DNA from: Chloroflexota bacterium
Lineage (GTDB): Bacteria > Chloroflexota > UBA11872 > VXOZ01
NCBI GenBank assembly: GCA_964291655.2
Contig: OZ219802.1
Location: 352,001-416,000 of the forward strand
Length of the DNA stretch: 64,000 nt
Direction of reading: 5' to 3'
Below are positions 10,719 to 20,817 of this stretch, in pieces. Position 1 is the first letter of the stretch; every line of letters begins with the position of its first letter. The notes below the pieces were generated by a model. That model ran no database searches. It had not been told where the DNA came from and saw only the letters and a program-made list of their open reading frames with translations. A program made the position numbers and the translations under genes.

Positions 10719-10751
10719 AGAGGAGCCAGGAGAAATTCTGGCTCCTCTTTG
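10719..10751 (+). terminator. Intrinsic terminator hairpin
   Basis: AGAGGAGCCAGGA-GAAA-TTCTGGCTCCTCT followed by T's, between convergent genes. Confidence 0.7.
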
Positions 10752-10998
10752 GATTCTGGTGCAGATTGCGCTGACTTAGTAATAAGCTTCCAGCGACCTA
10801 GTCCTGCAAATAGGTGCAAAGGGCTGAGAAGAGCTTCTCGCAGTGGTGCCGCGAACGGAATCGCTACACAGCCTTATTCCTGCAAGCAATACTTAAGAGT
10901 GCTCAGCCCTAGACCGGCGGTACGTGATTGCAGGTTGGAGGTGGGAGAACCCAAGGCTGCCATTCAGCGCGGCAATCCCGGTGGAGCAATGACGAGGG

Positions 10999-11568
10999 CT
11001 AGACTGGCAATTCCCACAGCGCGTACCACTTGGACTGGTCGGCTTCCAATGGCAGTTCGCGATCAGCCACCGCCTGCATGCGTAATTCAAGCGCATTGTC
11101 CCGCGTGCGGGAGCCGTTAGGAGCAAACGGATAGAAGGATCCACGCTTGTAATTGTAGATCCAATACATCCCCGTGCCCGTCATATCCTCGAAGTGGAAT
11201 GCCGCAGCTAGAAGCTGATCTCGGAAACCGTGTTCGGAAAGAGTAAGACTGACCATATGAATGGTGGTGACCAAATCCTCGAAGTCGGGGTCTTCGAGCA
11301 CGACCCAATGATAGCCAAACGAGTCTTCCTTGATCAGGGTATCCGTGCCGGTCTCCTTGCCGCTCACTGCCAGCAGTTCGGAGAGTTCACGCTGGAGGCT
11401 TGAGAATTGGCTTGACGATAGAGAGCGAAAGCAAATACCGGCGCTGCCCTTGCTCTGTAAGCCATTGGATGCGGCAAAGGCCAACGCGGCGGTGGAAATG
11501 CTCATCAGACGTTCCAAGTGGGAGCGAACCGGGCGACTGCGGCCCAGTAGCGCGTCCAGGAACTTCAC
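10999..11568 (-). CDS. pspAB: PspA-associated protein PspAB family
   Basis: DSFGYHWVVL.D.DFEDLVT.IH, YWIYNYKRGSFYPFAP, RDNALELR, WYALW; coupled to htpX. Confidence 0.8.
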   Translation of the reverse strand: MKFLDALLGRSRPVRSHLERLMSISTAALAFAASNGLQSKGSAGICFRSLSSSQFSSLQRELSELLAVSGKETGTDTLIKEDSFGYHWVVLEDPDFEDLVTTIHMVSLTLSEHGFRDQLLAAAFHFEDMTGTGMYWIYNYKRGSFYPFAPNGSRTRDNALELRMQAVADRELPLEADQSKWYALWELPV

Positions 11569-12470
11569 TACGCTTGCTCCATCTGCTGCTCCAGCGCAGC
11601 AAGACGCTTGAGGCGATTTTCAAGGGAAGGGTGGGTTGAGATCAGTTCCATCAGCGAATTCTTGCCTACGGCAGGCATGATGAAGAATGCGTTCGCACCT
11701 TCCACCTGACGCAAGTCATCTTTCGGAATACGTTGCATGCGACCGCTGATCTTCAGCAGGGCAGATGAAAGATGTGATGGAGAGCCCGTAAGCACAGCGG
11801 CGCCGCGGTCAGCGGAGTATTCGCGATAGCGAGACAGCGCCCGGATCAATAGAAAGCTAACGATCCAGACGAGCACAGCCACGAAATATACGAGGATGAT
11901 CGCGCTTCCCTGGTTGTCCCGGCCCCGGCCGCCAAAACCGCCAAAGAGACCCATATACATGCCAAAGCGCATGATCATAAATGCCAGAGTGGAAAAGAAG
12001 CTCGCCAGCGTAATCACCATGACATCACGGTTCTTAACGTGGCTGAGTTCGTGAGCCAGCACGGCCTCCAATTCGTCGCGATTCAGTTGGTGGATCAGGC
12101 CGGTCGTCACCGCCACGACGGCGTGCTTGGGGTCCCTGCCGGTAGCAAAGGCATTCGCCATGGAATGTTCAACCATCGCGATGCGCGGTTTTGGCATATC
12201 CGCCATAGCCGCCAAGCGTTCTACCATGGCGTGAAGATCCGGCGCTTGTTCCGGAGTCACGTCCTTTGCGCCCATGGACCACAGAATCATTCTGTCACTG
12301 AAAAAGTACTGCGCTGCCATCATGGCGCCGGCAAAAGCGAGCATAGTCATGGCGCCCGCTCCCAGCGACCAAAGTGCCGCCAAGAAGAAGACGTAGACGG
12401 CACCAAGGAGGAAGATCGTGATGAGCATGCGAATCTGCAGTCCACCATCCCCGATCCACTTTTGCTTCAT
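11568..12470 (-). CDS. htpX: Zinc metalloprotease HtpX (M48)
   Basis: NAFATGR, AHELSH, SRYREY.AD, STHP. Confidence 0.93.
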   Translation of the reverse strand: MKQKWIGDGGLQIRMLITIFLLGAVYVFFLAALWSLGAGAMTMLAFAGAMMAAQYFFSDRMILWSMGAKDVTPEQAPDLHAMVERLAAMADMPKPRIAMVEHSMANAFATGRDPKHAVVAVTTGLIHQLNRDELEAVLAHELSHVKNRDVMVITLASFFSTLAFMIMRFGMYMGLFGGFGGRGRDNQGSAIILVYFVAVLVWIVSFLLIRALSRYREYSADRGAAVLTGSPSHLSSALLKISGRMQRIPKDDLRQVEGANAFFIMPAVGKNSLMELISTHPSLENRLKRLAALEQQMEQA

Positions 12471-12764
12471 CAAGAATCTCCTTAAGAATGTTGTGAATTC
12501 TTACTTGAATCTTTCAAATTTCGAATGGCCATAGCCAGACGTAGGGAGGTCAGTAAACGATGTGCGACGATACGTAAGTTTCGTTTCATCATTAATTATA
12601 CTCCAGTCATTGCTCCTTGACTACGTCAACGAGCCATGGCGCTCACCGGCCAAGCCCCGTACGGCAGCCAGTATGCACAGTTGCTGGGAATTTGCTACAG
12701 TAGAAGCGTTGAGACAATCTTCGCGTGGCTTTTGTTAGTGCTGAGAGCGCAAGAACCTGCCATC

Positions 12765-13493
12765 ATGAGCATTGCAGACAACATAGTTCACGTTTGCCGG
12801 CGCATCGCAGAGGCGGCGGAGAGAGCAGGGCGGGAGCCGTCTGACGTTACCTTGGTAGCGGTCTCAAAGGGCTTTGGCGTTGAGACCATCGAGCAGGCTG
12901 CCGCTGCCGGACTCTCAGTCTTTGGCGAAAACCGCGTGCAGGAGGCGGCAGAGAAGATTTCAGTGCTTCCTTCGTCCCTGGAATGGCACATGCTCGGGCA
13001 CGTGCAATCCAACAAGGCCAAGCAAGCTGAAGCGCTTTTCGACCGCATTCACTCCGTGGATAGTGTCCGATTAGCCAGCGCGCTCGCACGGCACGCAGCA
13101 GACCAGGGCCGCTGCATACCGATACTCATCCAAGTGAACGTAACCGGGAAGGAAAGCCAGTTTGGGCTCCCTCCCACCGACGTACCGGCGGTTGCCCGCA
13201 GCATCGCGGCGTGTACGGGTATTCGTATTGACGGCCTGATGGCAATTGCGTCCTTTACCGAAGATGAGGTAACGCTGCGCGCGGAATTTCGCGCGCTGCG
13301 GCAACTTCGCGACAGGCTTAAGTCTATCGTCCCCGACCACCCGTGCCGAGAGCTCTCGATGGGCATGACAAACGACTATCCCATTGCCATCGAAGAGGGG
13401 GCTACAATCGTGCGAGTTGGGCGGGCCATATTCGGTGAACGTCCGCTGCCTCAGTCACGTTACGAACCAAAGAAAGTTTTGCAGGGAACGTAG
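12765..13493 (+). CDS. yggS: PLP homeostasis protein YggS/PLPBP
   Basis: LVAVSK, FGENRVQE, WHMLGHVQSNK, LSMGMT.DY, VRVGRAIFG. Confidence 0.93.
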   Translation: MSIADNIVHVCRRIAEAAERAGREPSDVTLVAVSKGFGVETIEQAAAAGLSVFGENRVQEAAEKISVLPSSLEWHMLGHVQSNKAKQAEALFDRIHSVDSVRLASALARHAADQGRCIPILIQVNVTGKESQFGLPPTDVPAVARSIAACTGIRIDGLMAIASFTEDEVTLRAEFRALRQLRDRLKSIVPDHPCRELSMGMTNDYPIAIEEGATIVRVGRAIFGERPLPQSRYEPKKVLQGT

Positions 13494-13510
13494 TTGGGAA
13501 TTCAGATCGT

Positions 13511-13771
13511 ATGACCCCGATAGTTTGCACCTTCATACAGTTCCTCACCTTAGCACTGATCTTTGCGATCATCGCGCGAGCGCTCGCATCATGGTTCGTT
13601 CAGGATTCGAGCAACCCAATTGTTGCGATGCTCCACGACATTACCGAGCCGATTGTGGGGCCGATACGGCGGCTCATGCCAAGTACCGGCATGATTGACT
13701 TGTCTCCGTTGATTGCCCTGATCCTGCTTCAAATTCTGCAGCGAGTCTTGGTCTCTTTGATTTGCAGTTGA
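13511..13771 (+). CDS. yggT: YggT family membrane protein
   Basis: SW...ITEP...PIRR..P..G.IDLSPL; follows yggS. Confidence 0.88.
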   Translation: MTPIVCTFIQFLTLALIFAIIARALASWFVQDSSNPIVAMLHDITEPIVGPIRRLMPSTGMIDLSPLIALILLQILQRVLVSLICS

Positions 13772-13774
13772 CGG

Positions 13775-14089
13775 ATGTCGCCCCCGATTCTGGACATAAG
13801 AGATTCCTCTAGTGGCTGCCGGCTGGCTGTACTTGCCAAACCACGAGCGCGCCGCACGGAGTTCGCAGGTATTCACGACGGTGCGCTATGCGTTCGATTG
13901 CAGGCCCCTCCGGCGGATGGCAAAGCCAACGAAGAGTTGCTGCGGTTTCTCGCTGACAAGCTTGGGGTGCCAATGGCTGCCGTCACACTTCGCCAGGGAG
14001 TTTCGTCGCGACGCAAGGTGGTAGCTGTAGAAGGCGTTGGGGCTGCTACTATATCGCGCTGTATCAACGCATTACAGACGGGAGAGTAA
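13775..14089 (+). CDS. DUF167 (YggU) family protein
   Basis: KPRARR, APPADGKAN, G.SSRRK; yggS-yggT-yggU gene order. Confidence 0.85.
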   Translation: MSPPILDIRDSSSGCRLAVLAKPRARRTEFAGIHDGALCVRLQAPPADGKANEELLRFLADKLGVPMAAVTLRQGVSSRRKVVAVEGVGAATISRCINALQTGE

Positions 14090-14092
14090 GAC

Positions 14093-15367
14093 GTGCTGCA
14101 GACCCCGCGAGGCACAACCGATGTCCTTCCCAGCGACCAAGCGTACTGGAGCTACGTAACCGCTCACTTCAAGAGCATTTGCAACTCCTACGGCTATGGC
14201 GAAATCCGCACGCCGGTCTTCGAGGACACGCGGCTCTTCCAGAGGACCGTGGGGGAAGGCACGGATATCGTTGAAAAAGAGATGTACACGTTCTCAGATC
14301 GGGGCGGCGACAGTCTCACCTTACGTCCCGAGGGTACGGCGCCGGTGGTGCGGGCCTACCTCGAACACGGCATGCATCGCTTGCCCCAACCCGTAAAGCT
14401 TAGTTACATTGCCTCGATTTTTCGCTACGATCGTCCCCAGGCGGGACGGTTGCGGCAGCACCACCAGTTCGGCGTGGAGGCGCTGGGAGAAGAGTCCGCC
14501 GCCATCGACGCCGAAGTCATCAGCTTGCTCTTGAGTCTCTACCGCAGCATTGGGCTGACCGAAGTTTCACTCCAACTAAACAGCATTGGCGATGCGGCTT
14601 GCCGCCCACAGTACATCGCAGACCTCGCGGCGTACTACCGCTCGCACGTGCATGCTCTCTGCGAGAACTGCCAGACCCGCTTGGAACGCAATCCGCTACG
14701 CCTCTTAGACTGCAAGGAAGACTCTTGCCAACCATTCATCGCAGAGGCGCCGCACACCTTGGACAGTCTCTGCGCAGACTGCGATACCCACTTTGGCACC
14801 CTGAAGCGGTCGCTGGAGGCTATGAAGATCAGCTATACACTGAATCACACGCTCGTGCGGGGTCTCGACTACTACACGCGCACAGTCTTTGAGGTCTGGC
14901 CGGAAATGGTGGGCCGGCAGAGCGCCTTGGGCGGCGGCGGCCGCTACGATGGCTTGGCGAGACAAATCGGCAAGCGCGACCTGCCCGGCATCGGCTTTGG
15001 CACAGGCATCGAGCGGATAATTCTCAACCTGCAGCGCCAGGGCATAGCACCAACAGACGAAAAGCAATTCAGTGTCTATGTAGCAACACTTGGCGAGCAG
15101 GCCGGAACCTACGGCACCGGCTTGGTTGACGACTTGCGGCAGCGGGGAATTCGCGCGCTCACATCCTATAAGCCGCGCAGCCTCAAGGCTCAACTCCGCC
15201 AAGCGGGAAACTTCCAAGCAGAATATGCCGTGATAGTCGGCGACGATGAGCTGGCGGAAGGTCAGATCTTGCTGCGGGACCTGGGGTCGAGCTCGCAAGA
15301 AAACATAGCAGCACCGGACGTTATAGCAACGCTTGAGCGGCTACGCGCTAACGGAAATTCCAGCTAA
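14093..15367 (+). CDS. hisS: Histidine--tRNA ligase
   Basis: PRGT.D, LRPEGTA, FRYDRPQAGR, LVRGLDYY, GGGRYDGL, G.ERI. Confidence 0.97.
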   Translation: MLQTPRGTTDVLPSDQAYWSYVTAHFKSICNSYGYGEIRTPVFEDTRLFQRTVGEGTDIVEKEMYTFSDRGGDSLTLRPEGTAPVVRAYLEHGMHRLPQPVKLSYIASIFRYDRPQAGRLRQHHQFGVEALGEESAAIDAEVISLLLSLYRSIGLTEVSLQLNSIGDAACRPQYIADLAAYYRSHVHALCENCQTRLERNPLRLLDCKEDSCQPFIAEAPHTLDSLCADCDTHFGTLKRSLEAMKISYTLNHTLVRGLDYYTRTVFEVWPEMVGRQSALGGGGRYDGLARQIGKRDLPGIGFGTGIERIILNLQRQGIAPTDEKQFSVYVATLGEQAGTYGTGLVDDLRQRGIRALTSYKPRSLKAQLRQAGNFQAEYAVIVGDDELAEGQILLRDLGSSSQENIAAPDVIATLERLRANGNSS

Positions 15368-15419
15368 GTAGGTGTCTTAGGAGTTGCCTAGCCGGCACTT
15401 GCGGTCGGCAGGCCGCTCG

Positions 15420-16187
15420 TCAAACGGGTACGCCGGCGAGCTCTTCGACGAGCTCGACATTCTCGTCAACCTCTGCCTTATTTTCCATGCCCAGCACAAC
15501 CGCGTCTACGCTGGGAAGATCGAGCACGTACCCAAGCGCCCGTCGCCGATCGTGCAGGAGCTTGCCTGCCCCGTAGACTTTCATGCCGTAGATGCCTTTG
15601 CCGCGCGCAGACATCTCGTCCATCACGGGAATCACCTCTTCGGGTGACGCATCCATGGACACGCCGTCATAGTTGATCCGGGCAAGCACAACTTCTACCC
15701 ACGGCGAAACGGCTGCGAGCTTGAAGGCTGCGAAGTCGTGGCAAGAGACGCCGACTGCCCGCACCATGCCTTGCTCCCGGCACTTGCTGAGCGCCTCCAT
15801 GGAGTCCTCATAGCGCGTCGTCCAGTCGTGCTCCGTAAGGCAGTGCAGCAGCACGATGTCAGCATAGTCGGTGCCCAACTCACGCAGAAAGCGCTCCACG
15901 TCGCTCCTAACCCCATCCGGAGTTCGCGACGTGGTCTTTGTCGTAACGACCACCTGATCGCGAGGCAGCACGCGCAAAGCCCCACGGACGTGGGGATGGG
16001 AACCGTATTGATCGGCCGTGTCCCAAAACCGGACGCCGGAGTCATAGGCATAGCAGAGGAGGTCTATCAACCCTTCCGAGCCAAGCTGCCGCGTCTGATT
16101 CGACGAACCATTCCAGCCTACCGTACCAGTGCCGATGCATAGCCGGGAGACTTCGATTCCGGAATTTCCGAGTACAACTTGCTGCAT
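15420..16187 (-). CDS. Aldo/keto reductase
   Basis: LGNSG..VSRLCIGT, WDTADQYG, TK, DYADIVLLH, GVSCH. Confidence 0.9.
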   Translation of the reverse strand: MQQVVLGNSGIEVSRLCIGTGTVGWNGSSNQTRQLGSEGLIDLLCYAYDSGVRFWDTADQYGSHPHVRGALRVLPRDQVVVTTKTTSRTPDGVRSDVERFLRELGTDYADIVLLHCLTEHDWTTRYEDSMEALSKCREQGMVRAVGVSCHDFAAFKLAAVSPWVEVVLARINYDGVSMDASPEEVIPVMDEMSARGKGIYGMKVYGAGKLLHDRRRALGYVLDLPSVDAVVLGMENKAEVDENVELVEELAGVPV

Positions 16188-16264
16188 GATGGTCGACTCC
16201 TCTCTTAATGCGAATTCGCATCCATTCTACCACTCAATGCCTTTCGCTGCTTGACTGCCGGCGC

Positions 16265-17500
16265 CTACGGTACGACGTATGGCAGCGCCAATTGCACCAC
16301 AATGCCGAACGACGCCCCACCGACAATTAGCCAGATTGAGTTGATCTTTGTGCGCCACAGCAGCACGAGGGCGACGCCCGCAGCGGCGACGGTGGGAATG
16401 TCAATGAGTGCGGCCTGCCCGAGGAAAACTGCCACGGCGGCCATGAGTCCCATCGCCGCACTGACGACACCGTCGAGGACGGAGCTAAAGAACAACGACT
16501 CTCGCAGTCGCGGAATCCAGGGATTCACTGCCGCTACGAACAGAAATGACGGCAAAAATATGCCCACGGTAGCCAGTCCACCCGCCAACAATGCCCCTTG
16601 GATGGAGCCAAGATACTCAAGTCCAACGACATACCCAACAAAGGAGGCGGTCGTGAAGAGCGGGCCGGGCGTGAGCTGTCCTACAGCCACCGCGTCGAGC
16701 AACTGCTCCTCACTCAGCCAGCCGAGACCCTCGACAAAGTCACCATGTAGGAATGCCAGCAGCACGTAACCACTGCCATACAACACGGCGCCGATCTTGA
16801 GAAACGTGAGGAAGAGCTGGACGAGACCGAACGGCGCCGCAACCGGGGCGAGCACCAAGCTTGGGAAAGCCAGGAGAGGCTTAGCAAATGGCGAGGCCGC
16901 GCCGAGAGCCGCGAACGGTACCGCTAACTGACCGAATCTGCCTCTGATGCTCGGCAGTCTGCGCTGCGTTGACACAACAATTGCCGCCAGCACGCCGCAC
17001 CCAAAAAGCACGATAAGCTCATTAATGCCGAACAGCGCGAGTGCTCCCGCGGCCAGCCCAAGCGCCCCCAGCGGTATGTTGCGCCATGCCGTGCCTAAGA
17101 GACCAATCAACGCGTGGATGACGATCGCAATGACAACCGGCTTGACCCCATAGAGAATCCACGAAGCTTGCGGCAAGTGGCCGAATGTCGTGTAGCCCCA
17201 CGCCAGAGCGGTTACCATGGCCGCCGCCGGCAGGATGAATGCGATGCCGCCGCCAATGAGACCGCGCCAGCCTCCGCGAAGCGAAGAGATGTGGATCGCC
17301 ATCTCAGTGGAATTGGGTCCGGGGATGAGGTTCGTGGCCGCCCACAGGTCAACAAACTGTTGCTCCGTGAGCCACTTTTTGCGATCGACTAACTCGCGGT
17401 GCATCAGCGCCACATGCGCGGCCGGCCCGCCAAAGGCAACGCACCCGAGCACGAAGAAGTAGGATACTACCTCACGAAGACGTCTCTCTTTGCTCACCAA
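16265..17500 (-). CDS. chrA: Chromate efflux transporter (long-chain CHR)
   Basis: AFGGPAAH, IPGPNS, GSGYVL, TPGP duplicated CHR motifs. Confidence 0.92.
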   Translation of the reverse strand: MVSKERRLREVVSYFFVLGCVAFGGPAAHVALMHRELVDRKKWLTEQQFVDLWAATNLIPGPNSTEMAIHISSLRGGWRGLIGGGIAFILPAAAMVTALAWGYTTFGHLPQASWILYGVKPVVIAIVIHALIGLLGTAWRNIPLGALGLAAGALALFGINELIVLFGCGVLAAIVVSTQRRLPSIRGRFGQLAVPFAALGAASPFAKPLLAFPSLVLAPVAAPFGLVQLFLTFLKIGAVLYGSGYVLLAFLHGDFVEGLGWLSEEQLLDAVAVGQLTPGPLFTTASFVGYVVGLEYLGSIQGALLAGGLATVGIFLPSFLFVAAVNPWIPRLRESLFFSSVLDGVVSAAMGLMAAVAVFLGQAALIDIPTVAAAGVALVLLWRTKINSIWLIVGGASFGIVVQLALPYVVP

Positions 17501-17696
17501 ACGGCGCTACCTAACTTTTTATGTCAATTCTTCACGGGGTTGATTTCCGGCTGGGTAGATAGGACGATGGTGACAAACGGCCAGCCAGTCGTCAAGCAGA
17601 CTGAAGCTCACTATTGCGAACGGAGGCAGAAGGTGACAAGAGAGGCGCTCTCTAGTACTGTAGATGAGTGCATGCACTGTTTTCCGGGAGACTTGG

Positions 17697-18632
17697 ATGT
17701 CGCGATTTGTCCGAGTGGCTGTCTGTTCCACGCCACTCCGCGTACCTGACGGCTCTGACGCCGAAAAGCTCGCGTACAACCTCGAGACTGCAGAAGAACT
17801 CATCGTCCGCGCAGCAGAGCGTCAGGCTGATATTGCCTGCCTTCCCGAAGTCTTCCACGTGAAAGGCATCAGTAGGGCCGGCGAGGCCGGGAAGTGGTTT
17901 GAGGACGTGCCGGGTGGCCCAACCTTCAGCCGCATGTCCCAGATTGCTCAGCGGTACAACATCAACGTCGTGGCGCCCATCTTGGCCATCGAGGAGGGTG
18001 AACGCCGTAACTTAGCGATGGTCTTTGACCGAACAGGTGCATACGTCGGCGGCTACCAAAAAGTGCATCTCACAGAAGTTGAGAGTGACGAGTGGGGCAT
18101 CATACCGGGACGCGATTGGCCGGTATTCGATCTTGACTTCGGCAAGATTGGGATCACGATTTGCTATGACGTGAACTTCCCTGAGGGATTTCGCATTCTT
18201 GCCCTGCAGGGCGCCGAGATCATCTTTCATCCTACCGTCTACGGCATGTATGGCGAGGTCGGTTGGGAAGCGGTCATCAAGGCACGTGCAATAGACAACT
18301 GTGTGTACGTTTGTCCCGTAAACAACGGCATTGAAGATGACGCGCCCTGGATGCCCGGCATGTGCCTCAATCGGAGCAGTGTTATCGGCCCGGACGGCGT
18401 GTTTCTGGCGGATTTGGGTCGCTATTGGGGCATGGCGGTCGCCGAGATTGACTTGGACCGACCACGCATTGTTCGGAGCATGGGGGCGTCCGGTGAAGCA
18501 AATTTCCGGGAGAAGATGTGGGAACACCGTCGGCCCGAGACATACGGAAAACTCTCAGAACACGGCCATTGGGTAGAGAACGGTTACCCGCGCGAGACAG
18601 CCGCTGTTGTCCAAGCAACGGATAAGGAGTAG
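17697..18632 (+). CDS. Carbon-nitrogen hydrolase (nitrilase superfamily)
   Basis: E-K-C triad motifs LPE, YQKVHL, ICYD..FPE. Confidence 0.9.
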   Translation: MSRFVRVAVCSTPLRVPDGSDAEKLAYNLETAEELIVRAAERQADIACLPEVFHVKGISRAGEAGKWFEDVPGGPTFSRMSQIAQRYNINVVAPILAIEEGERRNLAMVFDRTGAYVGGYQKVHLTEVESDEWGIIPGRDWPVFDLDFGKIGITICYDVNFPEGFRILALQGAEIIFHPTVYGMYGEVGWEAVIKARAIDNCVYVCPVNNGIEDDAPWMPGMCLNRSSVIGPDGVFLADLGRYWGMAVAEIDLDRPRIVRSMGASGEANFREKMWEHRRPETYGKLSEHGHWVENGYPRETAAVVQATDKE

Positions 18633-18638
18633 TCGGTC

Positions 18639-19928
18639 ATGGCACAACAAACTGCAGTACGCTTTACTGAATCCCTGGACCTCTTTGCCCGCGCCCAGGA
18701 CGTAATTGCCGGAGGCTCTCAGACGTCAAGCAAGCGACCGGGCGCATATGCCTTTGGCTCCTATCCAATTTACGCATCGCGCGCTCGCGGCTCCCACATT
18801 TGGGACGTTGACGGCAACGAATACATTGACTTCGTGAATGGGCTCGGCCCCATTGTTCTGGGTTACTGCTACCCGGAAGTAGACGCCGCCATCGCCGAGC
18901 AACTCAACAAAGGCATCATCTACGGATTGCTGTCGCCACTGGAAGTGGCAGTAGCTGATAGCCTTATCGATGCCGTTCCTGCCGCGGAGGCAGTCCGCTT
19001 TCTCAAAGGCGGCGCCGAGGCGAACAACGCTGCTGCACGGATCGCCCGCGCGCACACCAAGCGCGAGATCATCCTCAACAGCGGCTATCGCGGCTGGTCG
19101 GACGGTTGGAATGCCGATCGCAATGATGGCGGTATTCCAGTCGCGCTGGAGCCGTACGTGAAGTCATTCCGCTACAACGATCTCAACCACCTCGCGGATC
19201 TCTTTCTGGCCTACGATAACAAGGTTGCGGCAGTTGTCTTGGATGCAGCTTCCCTTGGCAAAGAGCCTGAACCCGGGTATCTGCAGGGGCTGAACGACCT
19301 GGCCCACAGCAACGGCGCACTCGTCATCTATGATGAAATCGTGACCGGTTTTCGCCTTGCCATGGGCGGAGCGCAAGAGTACTTTGGCGTAACGCCGGAT
19401 CTGGCTACTTTCGCGAAAGCCATGGCGAACGGCATGCCGCTCGCTGCTGTGGTCGGCAGCAGAGAGGTAATGCAAACGGCGGCGGACTGCATGATTAGCA
19501 TTACCTACGGCGGCGAAGCGCTGTCACTCGCCGGGGCGATGGCGACAATGAATGTCATGCGTGAAAAGAATGTGCACGAGCATCTCTACCGGACCGGCGA
19601 GCTGCTGCGGGACGGCATAAACGAAGCAGCACGACGCGCCGGCGTGGCCCTGGAAGCCTACGGTCTGGCCCCTATCGGCGGCGAGAGATTTCTCGACGCC
19701 AAAGACGCTGAAGAAGATGCCCTTATGTGGCATTTCCTCCTCGCCGGTTGCGCCCAACGCGGCTTACTCATTCGTCGCGGCGGTGTGAACTTCATAACTT
19801 ATTCTCACACGGAAGACGACGTTGCGCAGTCAGTTGCCGCAGTAGAGGATACCTTGCACGAGCTGCGCCGCGCGCGCGAAGGCGGTTCTCTGGCACGCGT
19901 CGCAAGCGAAGCCGCTGCCACAACTTGA
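18639..19928 (+). CDS. Class III PLP aminotransferase (glutamate-1-semialdehyde aminomutase-like)
   Basis: WDVDGNEYID, DEIVTGFR, PDLATFAKAMANG. Confidence 0.88.
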   Translation: MAQQTAVRFTESLDLFARAQDVIAGGSQTSSKRPGAYAFGSYPIYASRARGSHIWDVDGNEYIDFVNGLGPIVLGYCYPEVDAAIAEQLNKGIIYGLLSPLEVAVADSLIDAVPAAEAVRFLKGGAEANNAAARIARAHTKREIILNSGYRGWSDGWNADRNDGGIPVALEPYVKSFRYNDLNHLADLFLAYDNKVAAVVLDAASLGKEPEPGYLQGLNDLAHSNGALVIYDEIVTGFRLAMGGAQEYFGVTPDLATFAKAMANGMPLAAVVGSREVMQTAADCMISITYGGEALSLAGAMATMNVMREKNVHEHLYRTGELLRDGINEAARRAGVALEAYGLAPIGGERFLDAKDAEEDALMWHFLLAGCAQRGLLIRRGGVNFITYSHTEDDVAQSVAAVEDTLHELRRAREGGSLARVASEAAATT

Positions 19929-19969
19929 ATGATCCCAACACAGTCAACGCTCAACCTGATTGAATAAAC

Positions 19970-20779
19970 ATGCTCATACCCTCAGTCATCACCATCCACA
20001 TGGATCCCGTATTGGTCCAGCTTGGACCGATTGCGCTCCGCTGGTACGGCTTGATGTACGTGCTGGGGATCATGGCAGGTGTCTGGATCATTCGCAAGTA
20101 CGCCAACCAATGCGGTATCAATGACGATCAGATCAATACGCTCTTCTGGCCGGCGGCTATAGCAGGATTTCTGGGTGGGCGAATCTACTATGTCATCCAG
20201 CAACCCCTCGGCCCGTATTTGCAGCAACCTTGGCGCATTCTTGCCACCTGGGAAGGCGGCATGGCGTTTTATGGCTGCATCTTTGGTGTGGTGCTTGCGC
20301 TGTTGATTACGTGCTGGCGGACCAAAATCTCACACTGGCGCGTACTCGATGCTGCCGCGCTGCTGGCGCTTCCCGCGCAAGGAATCGGCCGCATCGGCAA
20401 CATCGTCAACGGTGATGTGATCGGCTATCCGGCGGAATTACCTTGGGCCGTTCAATACACGCATCCAGCAACGTTTGCCCCTAGTACTTCAGTTACTTAC
20501 CATCCTGCAGCCATCTATGAATTGCTGGGCAATGTGCTAATCTTCGCTATTCTCTGGCCGCTGCGACATCGTCTCCGCACGCCCGGGATGGTATTTGCCC
20601 TCTATCTGGTAGGATATTCCATCGCTCAGATCATCATTTTCATTTGGCGGCTGAATGAGATCGTCATTTGGGAACTGAAACAAGCACAAGTAACCGGCAT
20701 CATCGTCGCCGCCGCCGGCATCTTGCTGGCAGTTTGGCTACGTCAGGAAAGTCGGAATAGAGACGAGCAAACAGCTTAA
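19970..20779 (+). CDS. lgt: Prolipoprotein diacylglyceryl transferase
   Basis: RWYG, GGRIYY, WEGG, GRIGN..NG, HP..IYE. Confidence 0.9.
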   Translation: MLIPSVITIHMDPVLVQLGPIALRWYGLMYVLGIMAGVWIIRKYANQCGINDDQINTLFWPAAIAGFLGGRIYYVIQQPLGPYLQQPWRILATWEGGMAFYGCIFGVVLALLITCWRTKISHWRVLDAAALLALPAQGIGRIGNIVNGDVIGYPAELPWAVQYTHPATFAPSTSVTYHPAAIYELLGNVLIFAILWPLRHRLRTPGMVFALYLVGYSIAQIIIFIWRLNEIVIWELKQAQVTGIIVAAAGILLAVWLRQESRNRDEQTA

Positions 20780-20817
20780 TTCTGGCCTGCGGCCAGGGAG
20801 GAGCCACAGACGCAGAC

